From contig CAMBBZ010000001.1 in the NCBI GenBank assembly GCA_945863965.1, forward strand, positions 199 to 64,198: 64,000 nucleotides of DNA. Reading direction: 5' to 3'. Shown piece after piece: positions 30,364 through 40,760 of this stretch. Origin of the DNA: Chitinophaga pinensis (GTDB lineage: Bacteria > Bacteroidota > Bacteroidia > NS11-12g > UBA955). The position numbers and the translations under genes are program-made. Position 1 is the stretch's first letter. The number at the start of each line of letters is the position of its first letter. The notes beneath the pieces were generated by a model. It made no database searches and was not told the DNA's origin. It was given only the letters and a program-made list of their open reading frames with translations.

Positions 30364-33300
30364 GAGGCCGATTTTTCGCAAGAAACGATCCACCGTGCGC
30401 TCTCCCGTTGCAGATACCCCGAAATCTCTCGGTTTCACTTTGTTATTGGTATTGGCCATAATTTCGACCAATTGGTCATCGTTGCTATAAATATTAACCC
30501 GATACGATTGGATGAAGAAATACACTTTATTTACCCCATCGTCGAGATAGATATGCATTTTTTCCGCACCACGCTTGGATTCCATATAAATAGTGGCATT
30601 TATCGATTTGTTGATAGGGGTACCAAAAAGCGAAACCAACGATACCGTTCCATCAGAAAACATCCCACGGGCCTTGCTATCCCAACGGAATTTAGCATCG
30701 CTGAAAATGAAATTGTAATTGGTTTCGTCTTTGCCGCCCAATAAATTTAGGTTCCCTTTAATTTGGTTTCGCTGTTCTACATTTCGTAAAATATCGCGTC
30801 GTAAGTCCCCATCGTCGATTAATTGATGTAAATTTTCCTTAAAGAAATCGGTGTTTAAATCCACTTCGCCAATCCCTTCCCCCAAGAACATTTCGGTCAT
30901 CCGTTTCTTAAAATCGGGATGTAAGGGAAAATCCATCAGCATACTTAAATTAAACTGGAATGCCGAATCGCCCGACGCTAAATCGGCTGTGCCCGCCGCT
31001 CTGAACTTAACCTGCTCAGACTCAACGCCAAAGTCCATAGGACCTTCGGCATGAATACTGTGATCGGATTCGTTGAATTGAATGTAATTGCCGCGCAGTT
31101 CATTGCCTTTTAAGCGTTGTTTTGACCCGCTGAAAAAGCTCTGTTTTTCATGGTCCCAATATAAAATACCGGTGTCTTGGGTTACGTCATTGTCGGAAAG
31201 CCTGCGTTTCGTAGAATTAAACACCGGATAAATATGCGACGAATCTTTGGCCACGTGAAGTCCCACAAAGATCTTTGCACCGCTGGCATTTCGAGGTGGG
31301 TTCATCGGAATTATGACATCTAACGGATTCACATCTCCATCGAATTTACACCACGCGGATTCGCGCATAAAGTCAAATGTGTGCATGGTTTTAACCAAAC
31401 CGCGGAACCTAATTTCCCGTTGTGCGGATATGAGGTGTGACCTTCCCTTAAACGCTATTTTGGTGTCTAAGGTAAATCCATTGTCTTCTTCAATACTTCC
31501 AAAGGCGTGCAGTTTCTTCTCGGTTACAACGACCATACTGTCGAAGTGCACTTTTTGTTCTTTGCCCAGTTTGTTTACGTACTTATAATCTCCGCTGCCG
31601 CCAATGCCGTAACGACCATAAATCTTAGCCGTTACCTCTTTTATGGTATGGAACTTATCAATTCGATTGGCTATAATCGTGGCCTTTCTAACGGTATCCA
31701 TATTGGCTTCTTTGCGAATGAGAACCTTACCGTCGGCAAGAAATATCCGAGAATCGGCGAAATCTATATGGGGAATTTCAGACACTTTCAAGGTGTAATC
31801 GTTCATGTCGTACAACCCTTTACGCCCTTCAAAATGCAGCGAATCTTGCCGTTGATTTAAGCTTAGGAAATCCGGCGTTAAACCCGCCATAGTAGCACCT
31901 ACATTAGCCTCTATGGTTCTGGCATCCATTTTCCATATATAATCGCTCAAGTTGGTTTGGTACATATTAAAGGGAAACCGCGTGGGTTGTCCCGCTATAT
32001 TCGACCGAAAACTACCTGTTCTGGTTTGAAAGTTCATAGCCCCATTAATATTATCGGAAACAAAGGCCACTTTTGCCGTGTCGTGGGTATATATCTGCAA
32101 GGAAGCGGTTTGCGCTACGGATTGTTTGGGCTGCATGTGCATTTCAGCACTTCTAAATTCGGCTAAGTCCCATTTCAACAACCCATTACCCAATAATTTA
32201 CTAGGCGACTGTGTCGTGGTACCTGTAAATCCATGTCCAGGCTGAAACGTCCGGGTTGGCCATTTATCGGTGGTGATTTTATATTGATCTGCGTACGGAA
32301 TCCACTTTAGTCCTGCATCCTTTGCATGGGCTGCCGCATAACGCGGACTTTCGCTCAAGTCGTAGTTATTAATAGGTCCTAATGTGCTGTCGGGAAGCAT
32401 CAATATTCGAGTAAACTGCGTGAGCGATGTTTCATAATCGATTTTACCTGCCTGACCATAAAACCCTACTTCGCTCAAATTCATAGTCATATCGCCGTTT
32501 CCTTTCCCTTTGTACATTTTCAGGCCGCTCGGAGGGGTTTTCTTTACAAAACCGAGACTGTAATCGGGTTGGATGTATACGAAATGTCGGAAAACAGGGA
32601 ATATATCGGCGGAATAAAACGTACCATCGAATTTCAATCCATCGATTGTGAAGTTATCTAAACTATCGATTGTAAAAGGATCTACGGAAAACTTAAAGCT
32701 ATCTGCAATATATTGGCCCCCATGAATACTGGATTTATCATACAGAATATCGCCACCGCGGTTGGATTTAAAAATAGGATACTCGGGGTAATTTATGTTC
32801 CCCGATTTGTTATTGGGTTTATCAATAAACAGGGTACCTCCAATATTGCGAAATACAGATTTAATTGGCCTCAAGCGCACCCCCGACTCATCGGGAAAAA
32901 ACATGCGCATCGAATCAATTACTTCAAAATACACATCAAAATTAGTATAATTAAAGGTGAATTTCTCCCCAAAAAATTCGAATCGGCCGGCACTTACCTT
33001 TCCCCCAAATTCCAATTTTCGATTTTTAGTTAGCTTTACTTGTTGTTCTTTGGGAAGTACATAAACGGATTGTGAATCGGAAAAATTAAAGGCCGCAACC
33101 CCTTCAATGTTCATCTCATTGCTTAATAAATTAAGGGTGGCATTGGGCCTACCGGCAATAACACTAGAAAGCCGAATTACATCATAATCTTTGGCTTTTT
33201 TGTTCATTATAATGTAGTTGAACAGCTTTTCGGTTATGACCGCACTATCGGTCTCGAAATCATAGACAAGGAACCCTTGATCATGCAAATCGATAAAGGC

Positions 33301-34896
33301 ATGCTGGATGGCTTGTGGGTTACAATCCCAAACCTCGCAATAGTCTTTTAATGAAAATTTACGGCGCTCGGGCGTTATGTATTTGGCTTTGCGAATCCGA
33401 TTCAAATCTTGTAACTGCTTAGAAACCTTGGCTATTTGCTCGTCATTTTTAGGTTTAGCGAGGTACAATTTTTTGAGCATTTTTTGCAAATTTTCCACCG
33501 CAGGATCGGTTGGCATTCTGTTATAGAAGGCATAAATTTTCTCTATCGGGTTGGCCGTCAAAGCCCCTTGGATTTTATCGTAATAGATTTGACGAAAAAA
33601 ATCGTTCGACTCAAAAAAGGCAGGCTTATCGTTATTAAAGTTATCAAAATCCACAAAAGGCTCGTCGATTTTCCAAGACACGGTTTGCACGTCGATACTC
33701 ATATTATGATAATCGTTTTGAAAAACACCCCGTTGCAATCCGTCTTCCCCTTTATTCACCCGCAAGCGGTTTTGAGCATAATTAAAGGTAATGTCAACCG
33801 AGGGGTGAAAAATTCCCCCTTGGGTATCGAGATACATGGTAAATTCTGACTTTTTAGACAAGGCAACTCCATCTCGTATTTGAAAACCTTTGCTTTTCAA
33901 CGTCACCTTTTTTTCATTCTTAAAATAAATATCAATATACGAGGGCTTGCCATCGACCGTATTGGTTTGAATGGTTTTTCCAAGCAAGGTGAAACCGCCC
34001 GTAAAAATGGAACTTTCGCCCACAATTCCTTTAATTTTCAATTGGTTATCAAATGAAGTAAACTGTGGAAACTTCGAGGCTTGTTTATTTCCCTCAGAGA
34101 AAAAATCGCGCACCTCGTCTTTATAAGAACCCTTAATCGGCTTTGCGAAGTATCGGGGGAAATTCAATAACACCGTATCCACTTGATAGCGATAATCGTT
34201 CAATTCGATTCGAAACTTCTTAAAACTCACACTTGCCTTTTCACCTGGAAAAGAACGCTGCAAACTCGTTTCGCCTCGGATGCCTTCCCATATACCCTCA
34301 GTGAGGTAACATACCCCTTTGGTTTTAATTTCTATGGTATCGTTAACGGCAATACCCCGCAACAATACTTCCTCAAAAACAACGGCCAAACGGCCTTTTA
34401 TCATTTTCAAATCGTACCGCGTGGAATCAAACTGCCAATACCGAGTGGTTTGTTGGTGCAATTTGTTTTCCTTAAACAAACTTTCGGTTAAGGTTAAGAA
34501 ATCTAGGTATTCTTTATTGGTTTGCTCCACAAGGGCCGTTGCAATACCCATCCATTGTTGGAGCAAATCCTTGTTAAAACTGGACTCCAAACTTCGGGTA
34601 TAGTTCGCATAAAAAAGCTCAAAATAAGGCGTAAGTGTCATGCCTTGCTCGAGCATCTTATTCGACATTAGAATCAAATACCGTTGTTGTTCGGGGTTGT
34701 ACTTTCCGTTTAACCAATTTTGTTCAAAAGCCTCAAACGAGGCGATCGATTTTTTGTCTTTAAGAGTCGTATACTTTTCTTTCAGTTCTTGAATAAAAAC
34801 CAGTGGATCGTTATTAAAGCGTCGTGCATCTTGGGCGCGCAGCGAAGGTTGTAATAAGAATAAAAATGCAATCAGGACCGAACCAAGATATTTCAT
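30358..34896 (-). CDS. large exported protein of unknown function (1512 aa after the signal peptide MKYLGSVLIAFLFLLQPSLRAQ)
   Basis: Single uninterrupted ORF. The track's upstream extension (to 35058) was dropped in favour of the start that gives a signal peptide. It is aromatic/Asn/Asp-rich and probably beta-rich, and lacks a T9SS CTD. Confidence 0.6.
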   Translation of the reverse strand: MKYLGSVLIAFLFLLQPSLRAQDARRFNNDPLVFIQELKEKYTTLKDKKSIASFEAFEQNWLNGKYNPEQQRYLILMSNKMLEQGMTLTPYFELFYANYTRSLESSFNKDLLQQWMGIATALVEQTNKEYLDFLTLTESLFKENKLHQQTTRYWQFDSTRYDLKMIKGRLAVVFEEVLLRGIAVNDTIEIKTKGVCYLTEGIWEGIRGETSLQRSFPGEKASVSFKKFRIELNDYRYQVDTVLLNFPRYFAKPIKGSYKDEVRDFFSEGNKQASKFPQFTSFDNQLKIKGIVGESSIFTGGFTLLGKTIQTNTVDGKPSYIDIYFKNEKKVTLKSKGFQIRDGVALSKKSEFTMYLDTQGGIFHPSVDITFNYAQNRLRVNKGEDGLQRGVFQNDYHNMSIDVQTVSWKIDEPFVDFDNFNNDKPAFFESNDFFRQIYYDKIQGALTANPIEKIYAFYNRMPTDPAVENLQKMLKKLYLAKPKNDEQIAKVSKQLQDLNRIRKAKYITPERRKFSLKDYCEVWDCNPQAIQHAFIDLHDQGFLVYDFETDSAVITEKLFNYIIMNKKAKDYDVIRLSSVIAGRPNATLNLLSNEMNIEGVAAFNFSDSQSVYVLPKEQQVKLTKNRKLEFGGKVSAGRFEFFGEKFTFNYTNFDVYFEVIDSMRMFFPDESGVRLRPIKSVFRNIGGTLFIDKPNNKSGNINYPEYPIFKSNRGGDILYDKSSIHGGQYIADSFKFSVDPFTIDSLDNFTIDGLKFDGTFYSADIFPVFRHFVYIQPDYSLGFVKKTPPSGLKMYKGKGNGDMTMNLSEVGFYGQAGKIDYETSLTQFTRILMLPDSTLGPINNYDLSESPRYAAAHAKDAGLKWIPYADQYKITTDKWPTRTFQPGHGFTGTTTQSPSKLLGNGLLKWDLAEFRSAEMHMQPKQSVAQTASLQIYTHDTAKVAFVSDNINGAMNFQTRTGSFRSNIAGQPTRFPFNMYQTNLSDYIWKMDARTIEANVGATMAGLTPDFLSLNQRQDSLHFEGRKGLYDMNDYTLKVSEIPHIDFADSRIFLADGKVLIRKEANMDTVRKATIIANRIDKFHTIKEVTAKIYGRYGIGGSGDYKYVNKLGKEQKVHFDSMVVVTEKKLHAFGSIEEDNGFTLDTKIAFKGRSHLISAQREIRFRGLVKTMHTFDFMRESAWCKFDGDVNPLDVIIPMNPPRNASGAKIFVGLHVAKDSSHIYPVFNSTKRRLSDNDVTQDTGILYWDHEKQSFFSGSKQRLKGNELRGNYIQFNESDHSIHAEGPMDFGVESEQVKFRAAGTADLASGDSAFQFNLSMLMDFPLHPDFKKRMTEMFLGEGIGEVDLNTDFFKENLHQLIDDGDLRRDILRNVEQRNQIKGNLNLLGGKDETNYNFIFSDAKFRWDSKARGMFSDGTVSLVSLFGTPINKSINATIYMESKRGAEKMHIYLDDGVNKVYFFIQSYRVNIYSNDDQLVEIMANTNNKVKPRDFGVSATGERTVDRFLRKIGLD

Positions 34897-35099
34897 AAAC
34901 GATGTAAATATAAAACGAAAAAAAGTTCTGCATATTACGCAACACCAAATACAGCGAAAAAACACGCTGTATCCCAAGCGGTCTTTACAAAATAATACCG
35001 GCAATTGACGCTTGAAATTTTGCGGTAAAATATCAGCAAACGACTTATTGTAAGTCATTTGCTGATATACTAAGACCTTATAAAAGGATTATTGAATCC

Positions 35100-35864
35100 T
35101 TATTGCGCGGCTCTAATAATATCGAAGAAATCTCTAGGCTTTAAGCTAGCGCCTCCAATAAGTCCCCCATCGATATCGGGTTGGCCGAATATATCTTTGG
35201 CGTTATCGGGTTTTACGCTACCTCCGTAAAGAATTCGAGTGGCATCGGCAACGGGTTGACCGTATTTTCCCGCTAACCACTGTCGCACGAATGCGTGAAT
35301 GTCTTGCGCTTGTTGGGCGGTGGCTGTTTTGCCCGTTCCAATGGCCCAAACGGGTTCATACGCAATTACCACCACATTCATTTCATCTGCACTGATGGAG
35401 TCCAATCCTTCTTCTAGTTGCAATTGAAGGACTTCCAAAAACTGATTATTCTCACGTTCGGATAGACTTTCTCCGATACAATAAATCGCAATAAGTTCCT
35501 CAGTTACAGCCGCTTTATTTTTAAGGGCACAAACAGCACTGGTTTCATTATAATACTGGCGGCGTTCGCTATGACCAATAATTGCATGGGTAACTCCTGC
35601 ACTTTTCAGCATGGCTGCGGACCATTCACCGGTGTAGGCTCCTTCTTTGTGTTCATTCACATTTTGGGCACCGATGGTAATTTCACTACCTTCCACCAAT
35701 CGCGCAGAAGACGCTAAGGCGAGGGCGGTAGGACAAATAACTATTTGAGCATGGTTATGACGAAATTCATCGCGAACTATTCCTCGGATTTCGGTTATCA
35801 AGGCCTGACTTTCGGTCAGATTTTTATGCATTTTCCAATTTCCTACAACGAGCGTTTTTCTCAT
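35100..35864 (-). CDS. tpiA: triosephosphate isomerase
   Basis: 254 aa with the QNVNEHKEGAYTGE and AYEPVWAIGTGKTA motifs. Confidence 0.95.
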   Translation of the reverse strand: MRKTLVVGNWKMHKNLTESQALITEIRGIVRDEFRHNHAQIVICPTALALASSARLVEGSEITIGAQNVNEHKEGAYTGEWSAAMLKSAGVTHAIIGHSERRQYYNETSAVCALKNKAAVTEELIAIYCIGESLSERENNQFLEVLQLQLEEGLDSISADEMNVVVIAYEPVWAIGTGKTATAQQAQDIHAFVRQWLAGKYGQPVADATRILYGGSVKPDNAKDIFGQPDIDGGLIGGASLKPRDFFDIIRAAQ

Positions 35865-35873
35865 TTTGCAAAG

Positions 35874-36569
35874 TTACGCTATTTGATCAGGGTTTTGAAT
35901 TTCCTTAACCCATTGCAATGCAATTTGCAGTTGTTCTTTTTGCGAAATATGCGAATTATTAAGTAAACGATAATCGGCGGTTAATGTGAGGGGGCTGTCG
36001 GCGCGATTAGAGTCGATTTCATCTCGTGATTTTAAATTTGAAAGAACCGCGTTTAGCGTAATGTCGGAACCAGTGGCTACCAATTCTTTATACCGGCGTT
36101 CTGCACGTATTTCTGCATCGGCCGTCATGAAAATCTTTAGTTCTGCTTGAGGAAAAACAACAGTTCCGATATCCCTTCCATCCATTACCACGCCTTTTTG
36201 CGCGCCTAATTTTTGCTGCATTTGAACAAGGGTTTTACGCACTACAGACAAGGCGGCGACATCGCTTACCACCGCAGCTACATCCATTTCACGGATGCGC
36301 TTTTCAACAGATTTGTTATTCAAATAAATCTCAAAGCGTCCGCTATGCTCGTTTTTAACAAACTCGAGTTGAATTTGTGATAAGGCTTGTGCTACTTGGT
36401 TCTTATTTTGAGAAATGATTTCGTTTTCCAAAAAATACAGAGCCACGGCTCGGTACATAGAACCCGAATCTATAAACGTATAACCCAGTTCGTGTGCCAG
36501 TTCACGTGCCAATGTACCCTTTCCACAAGAACTATGTCCGTCTATGGCAATATTAATTTTTGAATGCAT
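35874..36569 (-). CDS. cmk: cytidylate kinase
   Basis: 231 aa with the P-loop IAIDGHSSCGKGT. Confidence 0.9.
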   Translation of the reverse strand: MHSKINIAIDGHSSCGKGTLARELAHELGYTFIDSGSMYRAVALYFLENEIISQNKNQVAQALSQIQLEFVKNEHSGRFEIYLNNKSVEKRIREMDVAAVVSDVAALSVVRKTLVQMQQKLGAQKGVVMDGRDIGTVVFPQAELKIFMTADAEIRAERRYKELVATGSDITLNAVLSNLKSRDEIDSNRADSPLTLTADYRLLNNSHISQKEQLQIALQWVKEIQNPDQIA

Positions 36570-36572
36570 GTA

Positions 36573-37610
36573 TTATTGATAAAACGAAGGAATAATCGAC
36601 AAACTCAAGGTATTGGTATTTTGACCGGGAAACAGCGAAGCGCTGCCGTAGGTAAGATGGTATTTCCATAACTTAAGGCGAACGCCCCATCCAAAACCAG
36701 CCAATCCTCCCCTAACCGCGGGAGCCATTTCTTGCCTTCTTTGGTGGTTATATCCCACTAATAATCCCAAATGTTTACCCATAACCAACTCTCCGCCTAA
36801 GGCAATATGTCGGGCTACTTTATCTGCGAGACTCGCCCCGGGAACGACTACCGACAAACCTCCGATATCCATAATATTACTAGATAAATATTGGTTATAG
36901 GTCATGCCCATAAAACGCTGTAACGAATGCAACGTTGCATGAAAGCGAAAGGGCATGTGCAGGGGTTTATACGAAGCCCCTATCGCAATATTGAGAGGTA
37001 AAGGTTCGCGATCGGCCCCACGGTAACTTACTAATTGAAGTCCCAAATTTTTGACCACCATTCCAAAATGCACGCCCGAATCGGATCGCGAATAATGGGC
37101 GCCTAAATTCAGCATGGCGGCGGTAGACACGAAGGGACCTAAAACGGCATAGGTAAATCCGGTTTGTGCCCCCAACACCAAGCGCGAATCAAATTCTCTA
37201 GAGTACCCCAAGGTAAATTTCATTTCGTTCGCCGTAATTTCCCCCAAAGAATTTCCCCCAGGATCAAACGATGCCATTTTACCGTAGTCTAAGTATTGGG
37301 CATGAAAAGACACATTGTGTTTTTGATTAATGTTGTGCGCATATCCGGCTCCACCTATACGAACGCCAGGAACCACGGTTCCATAAGAAGCGCCAAACTG
37401 TTGGTGCAGTGATTTGTTCAACAAGGCTGGATTATCGAGTGCAAATTGCACGTCGGATAAGGGCAAGGCGAGTAAATGACCGCCCCAAGCCATAGACCGG
37501 GCATGTAGCGGTAAATTCATTATGGGCATGACCCCACTGCCGCCAATTTGCGCCCCAACCGGGCTTTGACTTACGAATACAAATAGAAAAAGTACGAAAT
37601 ATCGAATCAT
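36573..37610 (-). CDS. porQ: outer-membrane beta-barrel protein, putatively T9SS protein PorQ
   Basis: Signal peptide MIRYFVLFLFVFVSQSPVGAQ. The track's start at 37619 is a TTG. It is about 340 aa with Gly/aromatic-rich barrel strands and sits immediately upstream of cmk, as described for the PorQ family. I assigned it from context and composition, not from an alignment. Confidence 0.5.
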   Translation of the reverse strand: MIRYFVLFLFVFVSQSPVGAQIGGSGVMPIMNLPLHARSMAWGGHLLALPLSDVQFALDNPALLNKSLHQQFGASYGTVVPGVRIGGAGYAHNINQKHNVSFHAQYLDYGKMASFDPGGNSLGEITANEMKFTLGYSREFDSRLVLGAQTGFTYAVLGPFVSTAAMLNLGAHYSRSDSGVHFGMVVKNLGLQLVSYRGADREPLPLNIAIGASYKPLHMPFRFHATLHSLQRFMGMTYNQYLSSNIMDIGGLSVVVPGASLADKVARHIALGGELVMGKHLGLLVGYNHQRRQEMAPAVRGGLAGFGWGVRLKLWKYHLTYGSASLFPGQNTNTLSLSIIPSFYQ

Positions 37611-38580
37611 GCTTTGCAAAAATAGGGTTTATTCCGAACTTCGCACGCTCGTGGATACAGGCATCATATTTGGTTTAGAAAATCTTCATAGCAAGGGTTA
37701 TGTGCTTACCCAAGGCACCTTTGACGGGGTGCATATAGGGCATCAACACGTTCTTAATCAGGTTGTTGAAGAGGCGAAAAAACAGAACTTGCCCAGCATG
37801 TTACTTACCTTCCATCCCCATCCACGCAGCATCGTTCAACCGGAAATGGGAAATCCACAAATTCTCTCTTCCATTCAAGAAAAAGCGCAACGGGTACTAG
37901 ACTCGGGCATTGATGTGGTTTTGGTACTCGCCTTTACGGAGGAAATTTCTCAATACAGTCCCAGCGAATTTATTGAGCGCATTTTATGCGAACGCATTGG
38001 CGTGAAAAGTATTGTAGTAGGCTACGACCACCGATTTGGGAAAAATCGAGAAGGGCGATTCGAGAATCTCACGGCCCTGTCCGCGCATTACGGATTTACC
38101 GTATTAGAAATAGCGGCGCACGAAATTGATAACATTGCCATATCCTCAACCCGTATCCGACGTTTTTTAAGCGAGGGAAACTTGGAGCGAGCTAATGATT
38201 TATTGGGTTATGATTATCCGTTGAGTGGCGAAGTGATTCACGGACAAAAAAGAGGCCGTACAATTGGCTTTCCCACTGCCAATATCCAACTCGAGGAGCC
38301 CCACAAATTAGTGCCCCCTAACGGCGTGTATGCGGCACACGTAACCATCGGCCTTATAACCTATCCAGTGGTGATGAATATAGGAGTACGACCAACGGTA
38401 AATGGCACCGAAAAAAGCATCGAAGCGCACATAATTGGCCTTGATCAAGACCTCTATAATCAAAGAATTCAAGTTCACTTGCGGTTTTATTTAAGAAAGG
38501 AACGTAAATTTGCAAACTTGGAATTGTTAAAAGAACAAATCCAATACGATGTCAATCATGCAGTTCAAATCCTTTCTTAA
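37609..38580 (+). CDS. ribF: bifunctional riboflavin kinase / FMN adenylyltransferase
   Basis: GTFDGVHIGHQHVL is the adenylyltransferase motif, and the C-terminal flavokinase block is GFPTANIQL. The true start may lie downstream of 37609, because the N-terminus is about 15 aa longer than usual and overlaps the porQ start. Confidence 0.85.
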   Translation: MLCKNRVYSELRTLVDTGIIFGLENLHSKGYVLTQGTFDGVHIGHQHVLNQVVEEAKKQNLPSMLLTFHPHPRSIVQPEMGNPQILSSIQEKAQRVLDSGIDVVLVLAFTEEISQYSPSEFIERILCERIGVKSIVVGYDHRFGKNREGRFENLTALSAHYGFTVLEIAAHEIDNIAISSTRIRRFLSEGNLERANDLLGYDYPLSGEVIHGQKRGRTIGFPTANIQLEEPHKLVPPNGVYAAHVTIGLITYPVVMNIGVRPTVNGTEKSIEAHIIGLDQDLYNQRIQVHLRFYLRKERKFANLELLKEQIQYDVNHAVQILS

Positions 38581-39271
38581 CCCGTATACCCTTTGTTTTG
38601 TTCTTGGGATTTTCCTAAGCCCCTACACGGGTTTTGCCTCTCCCGATACCGATAGTTTACAGCGCTTAGTTGAACCCGAATTAACCCAAACGACCCAACG
38701 TTTTTACCCCGAATTATCCTTTGATTACGCCTTCGATTTAGACGCGCTCAACCCCTACCGATTCGACGTTTCTACCCTACAAGATACTTTTTTACTCGTA
38801 ATGGCCGACAGCCAATGTGGATTTTCCTTCCCCCATTGGGGAAAAGTTAACTCTACATTTGGATGGAGAAAAGGCCGCGTGCATTCCGGCATAGATTTAC
38901 AAATAGAATGGGGCGATACCATTAGGGGGGCCTTTGATGGCGTCGTGCGGGTGAGTCAATTCCACAAAGCCTACGGAAATTTTATTATCATACGCCATTA
39001 CAACGGACTAGAAACCCTTTACGCCCATTTGCAATCGCGATTTGTAGTTCATGGAGACGCCGTTTCCGCAGGTCAGATTATCGGACAAGGAGGCAGTACG
39101 GGTCGCTCAACCGGGGCACACTTGCACTTTGAAACCCGTTTTTTAGGTCGACCTATAGACCCAGAAACCTTCATCGATTTTGATGCGCGCTGCTTGAAAT
39201 CTACGGTTGCTAGCGTTCATGCGGGCAGCTTCGATATTCCCCAAACAAAAAAAAGCCAACGAATGTTCTAA
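38549..39271 (+). CDS. M23-family (LytM) metallopeptidase
   Basis: Zinc ligands HSGIDL and GSTGRSTGAHLHFE. Confidence 0.85.
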   Translation: MSIMQFKSFLNPYTLCFVLGIFLSPYTGFASPDTDSLQRLVEPELTQTTQRFYPELSFDYAFDLDALNPYRFDVSTLQDTFLLVMADSQCGFSFPHWGKVNSTFGWRKGRVHSGIDLQIEWGDTIRGAFDGVVRVSQFHKAYGNFIIIRHYNGLETLYAHLQSRFVVHGDAVSAGQIIGQGGSTGRSTGAHLHFETRFLGRPIDPETFIDFDARCLKSTVASVHAGSFDIPQTKKSQRMF

Positions 39272-39328
39272 AGTTTTACGTTTATGATTCGGGAATCCAC
39301 CCGTAATCGGTAAATTTGCGTTTTAACA

Positions 39329-40048
39329 GTGAGCATTCAAGTAATACAATTAACCAAAACCTACGGCAAACAACAAGCCGTGGACCATATTGATTTTCAT
39401 GTAGCTACCGGCGAAATCGTCGGTTTTTTGGGTCCTAACGGGGCCGGAAAATCTACCACCATGAAAATGATTACCGGATTTATTCCCCCAAGTTCTGGCG
39501 GTGGTTCTGTTTGCGGTATCGATATGGTTGAAAACAGCCTCGAGGTTCGAAAAATCGTAGGTTATTTACCTGAAAACAATCCCTTGTATCCGGAAATGTA
39601 TATTAAGGAGTATTTGACCTTCATGGCAGGTTTATCAGGTGTTTCCGACGTAAAAAAAGCGGTTACTGACGCTATCGCACTCACCCGACTTGGACCAGAA
39701 CAACATAAAAAAATAGGACAGTTATCTAAAGGATATCGCCAACGCGTAGGCCTCGCCCAAGCCCTCCTTCACAACCCTAAAGTACTTATATTAGACGAAC
39801 CCACCAGCGGACTTGACCCCATACAAGTTGCCGAAATGCGCAATGTAATTACCGATTTAGGGAAGGAAAAAACAGTTATGTTGAGTACCCACATCATGCA
39901 AGAAGTAGAGGCCATGTGCGAACGTGTTATAATGATTAACAAAGGCAAAATCGTGGCTAATGAGACGCTTACTTCCCTTAAGGAACGCCACAAAGGCAGT
40001 TTAGAAGATATTTTCAAACAATTAACGCATCATGTGGACCTTATATAA
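39329..40048 (+). CDS. gldA: gliding-motility ABC transporter ATP-binding protein GldA
   Basis: 239 aa with Walker A GPNGAGKST, the LSKGYRQRV signature, and Walker B LILDEP. Named GldA because it is followed by gldF and gldG. Confidence 0.75.
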   Translation: MSIQVIQLTKTYGKQQAVDHIDFHVATGEIVGFLGPNGAGKSTTMKMITGFIPPSSGGGSVCGIDMVENSLEVRKIVGYLPENNPLYPEMYIKEYLTFMAGLSGVSDVKKAVTDAIALTRLGPEQHKKIGQLSKGYRQRVGLAQALLHNPKVLILDEPTSGLDPIQVAEMRNVITDLGKEKTVMLSTHIMQEVEAMCERVIMINKGKIVANETLTSLKERHKGSLEDIFKQLTHHVDLI

Positions 40049-40760
40049 AAAAGAAATACGGAGCTTTTTGGGTTCCCTTATTGCCTATATCGTGATGGGT
40101 GTTTACCTGGTTTTAACAGGGCTTTTTCTTTGGTTCGTTGATGGAAACAATGTGTTTGACCTAGGCATCGCCTCCTTGCAGGTAATGTTTGACATTGCGC
40201 CTTACATCTTGATTTTCTTAGTTTCGGCAGTTACCATGCGCAGTATATCTGATGAAAAAAGACTCGGAACCTTAGAAATTTTAACGACCAAACCCATTAC
40301 CGATACCGCAATTATTCTATCCAAATTTTTCGCATCGCTCACCCTCATTTTATTCGCCCTTTTACTAACGAGCGTTTACGCCTATACCATTTCCCAACTA
40401 GCCAATCCCATAGGCAACGTTGATATGGGATCTATGTTGGGTAGTTATTTAGGACTATTGTTACTGGCCGCTTGTTACACCGCAATCGGTTTGTTTAGCA
40501 GTTCCATTACCGACAATCAAATAGTAGCGCTGTTAACAAGCATGGTAATCTCCTTCTTCTTTTATGCTGTATTGTCGATGCTCGGCGACGTATCTTGGCT
40601 CGACTCTATTGGAAGAAGTTTGGCCTGGTTTGGGTTGGAATTTCATTACGATTCTATCAGTCGCGGTGTCGTTGACACCCGTGATATTGTGTTTTTTGGC
40701 GGCTTTACCGCTATTTTCTTAGGATGTACCCAATTGGTTTTTGAAAGCAGAAAATGGTAA
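40032..40760 (+). CDS. gldF: gliding-motility ABC transporter permease GldF
   Basis: 242 aa, 6-TM ABC-2 type permease, at the GldF position. Confidence 0.7.
   Translation: MWTLYKKEIRSFLGSLIAYIVMGVYLVLTGLFLWFVDGNNVFDLGIASLQVMFDIAPYILIFLVSAVTMRSISDEKRLGTLEILTTKPITDTAIILSKFFASLTLILFALLLTSVYAYTISQLANPIGNVDMGSMLGSYLGLLLLAACYTAIGLFSSSITDNQIVALLTSMVISFFFYAVLSMLGDVSWLDSIGRSLAWFGLEFHYDSISRGVVDTRDIVFFGGFTAIFLGCTQLVFESRKW

Noticed and set aside
30472-34603. Plus-strand ORFs of 67-137 aa inside the 1512-aa gene
   Set aside because: Antisense shadow ORFs.
34897-35058. Track N-terminal extension of the large gene (MTYNKSFADILPQN...CIWCCVICRTFF)
   Set aside because: The downstream Met gives a textbook signal peptide, and the extension is Cys/Phe-rich nonsense-like. 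The same logic was applied to the extensions at 58176-58256 (BNR protein, which would overlap trxB), 61362-61436 (glnN), 23513-23536 (rpsL), 15992-16039 (rpmC), 29503-29556 (truA, which would overlap thiolase) and 26696-26719 (ATP-grasp).
35080-35100. aaggattattgaatcctt hairpin at the tpiA stop as a terminator
   Set aside because: The 6-bp AT-rich stem overlaps the stop codon and has no U-run; probably incidental.
37611-37619. Track start of the porQ-like ORF at 37619
   Set aside because: The codon at 37617-37619 is TTG. The in-frame ATG three codons downstream (37608-37610) begins the signal peptide and is preferred.
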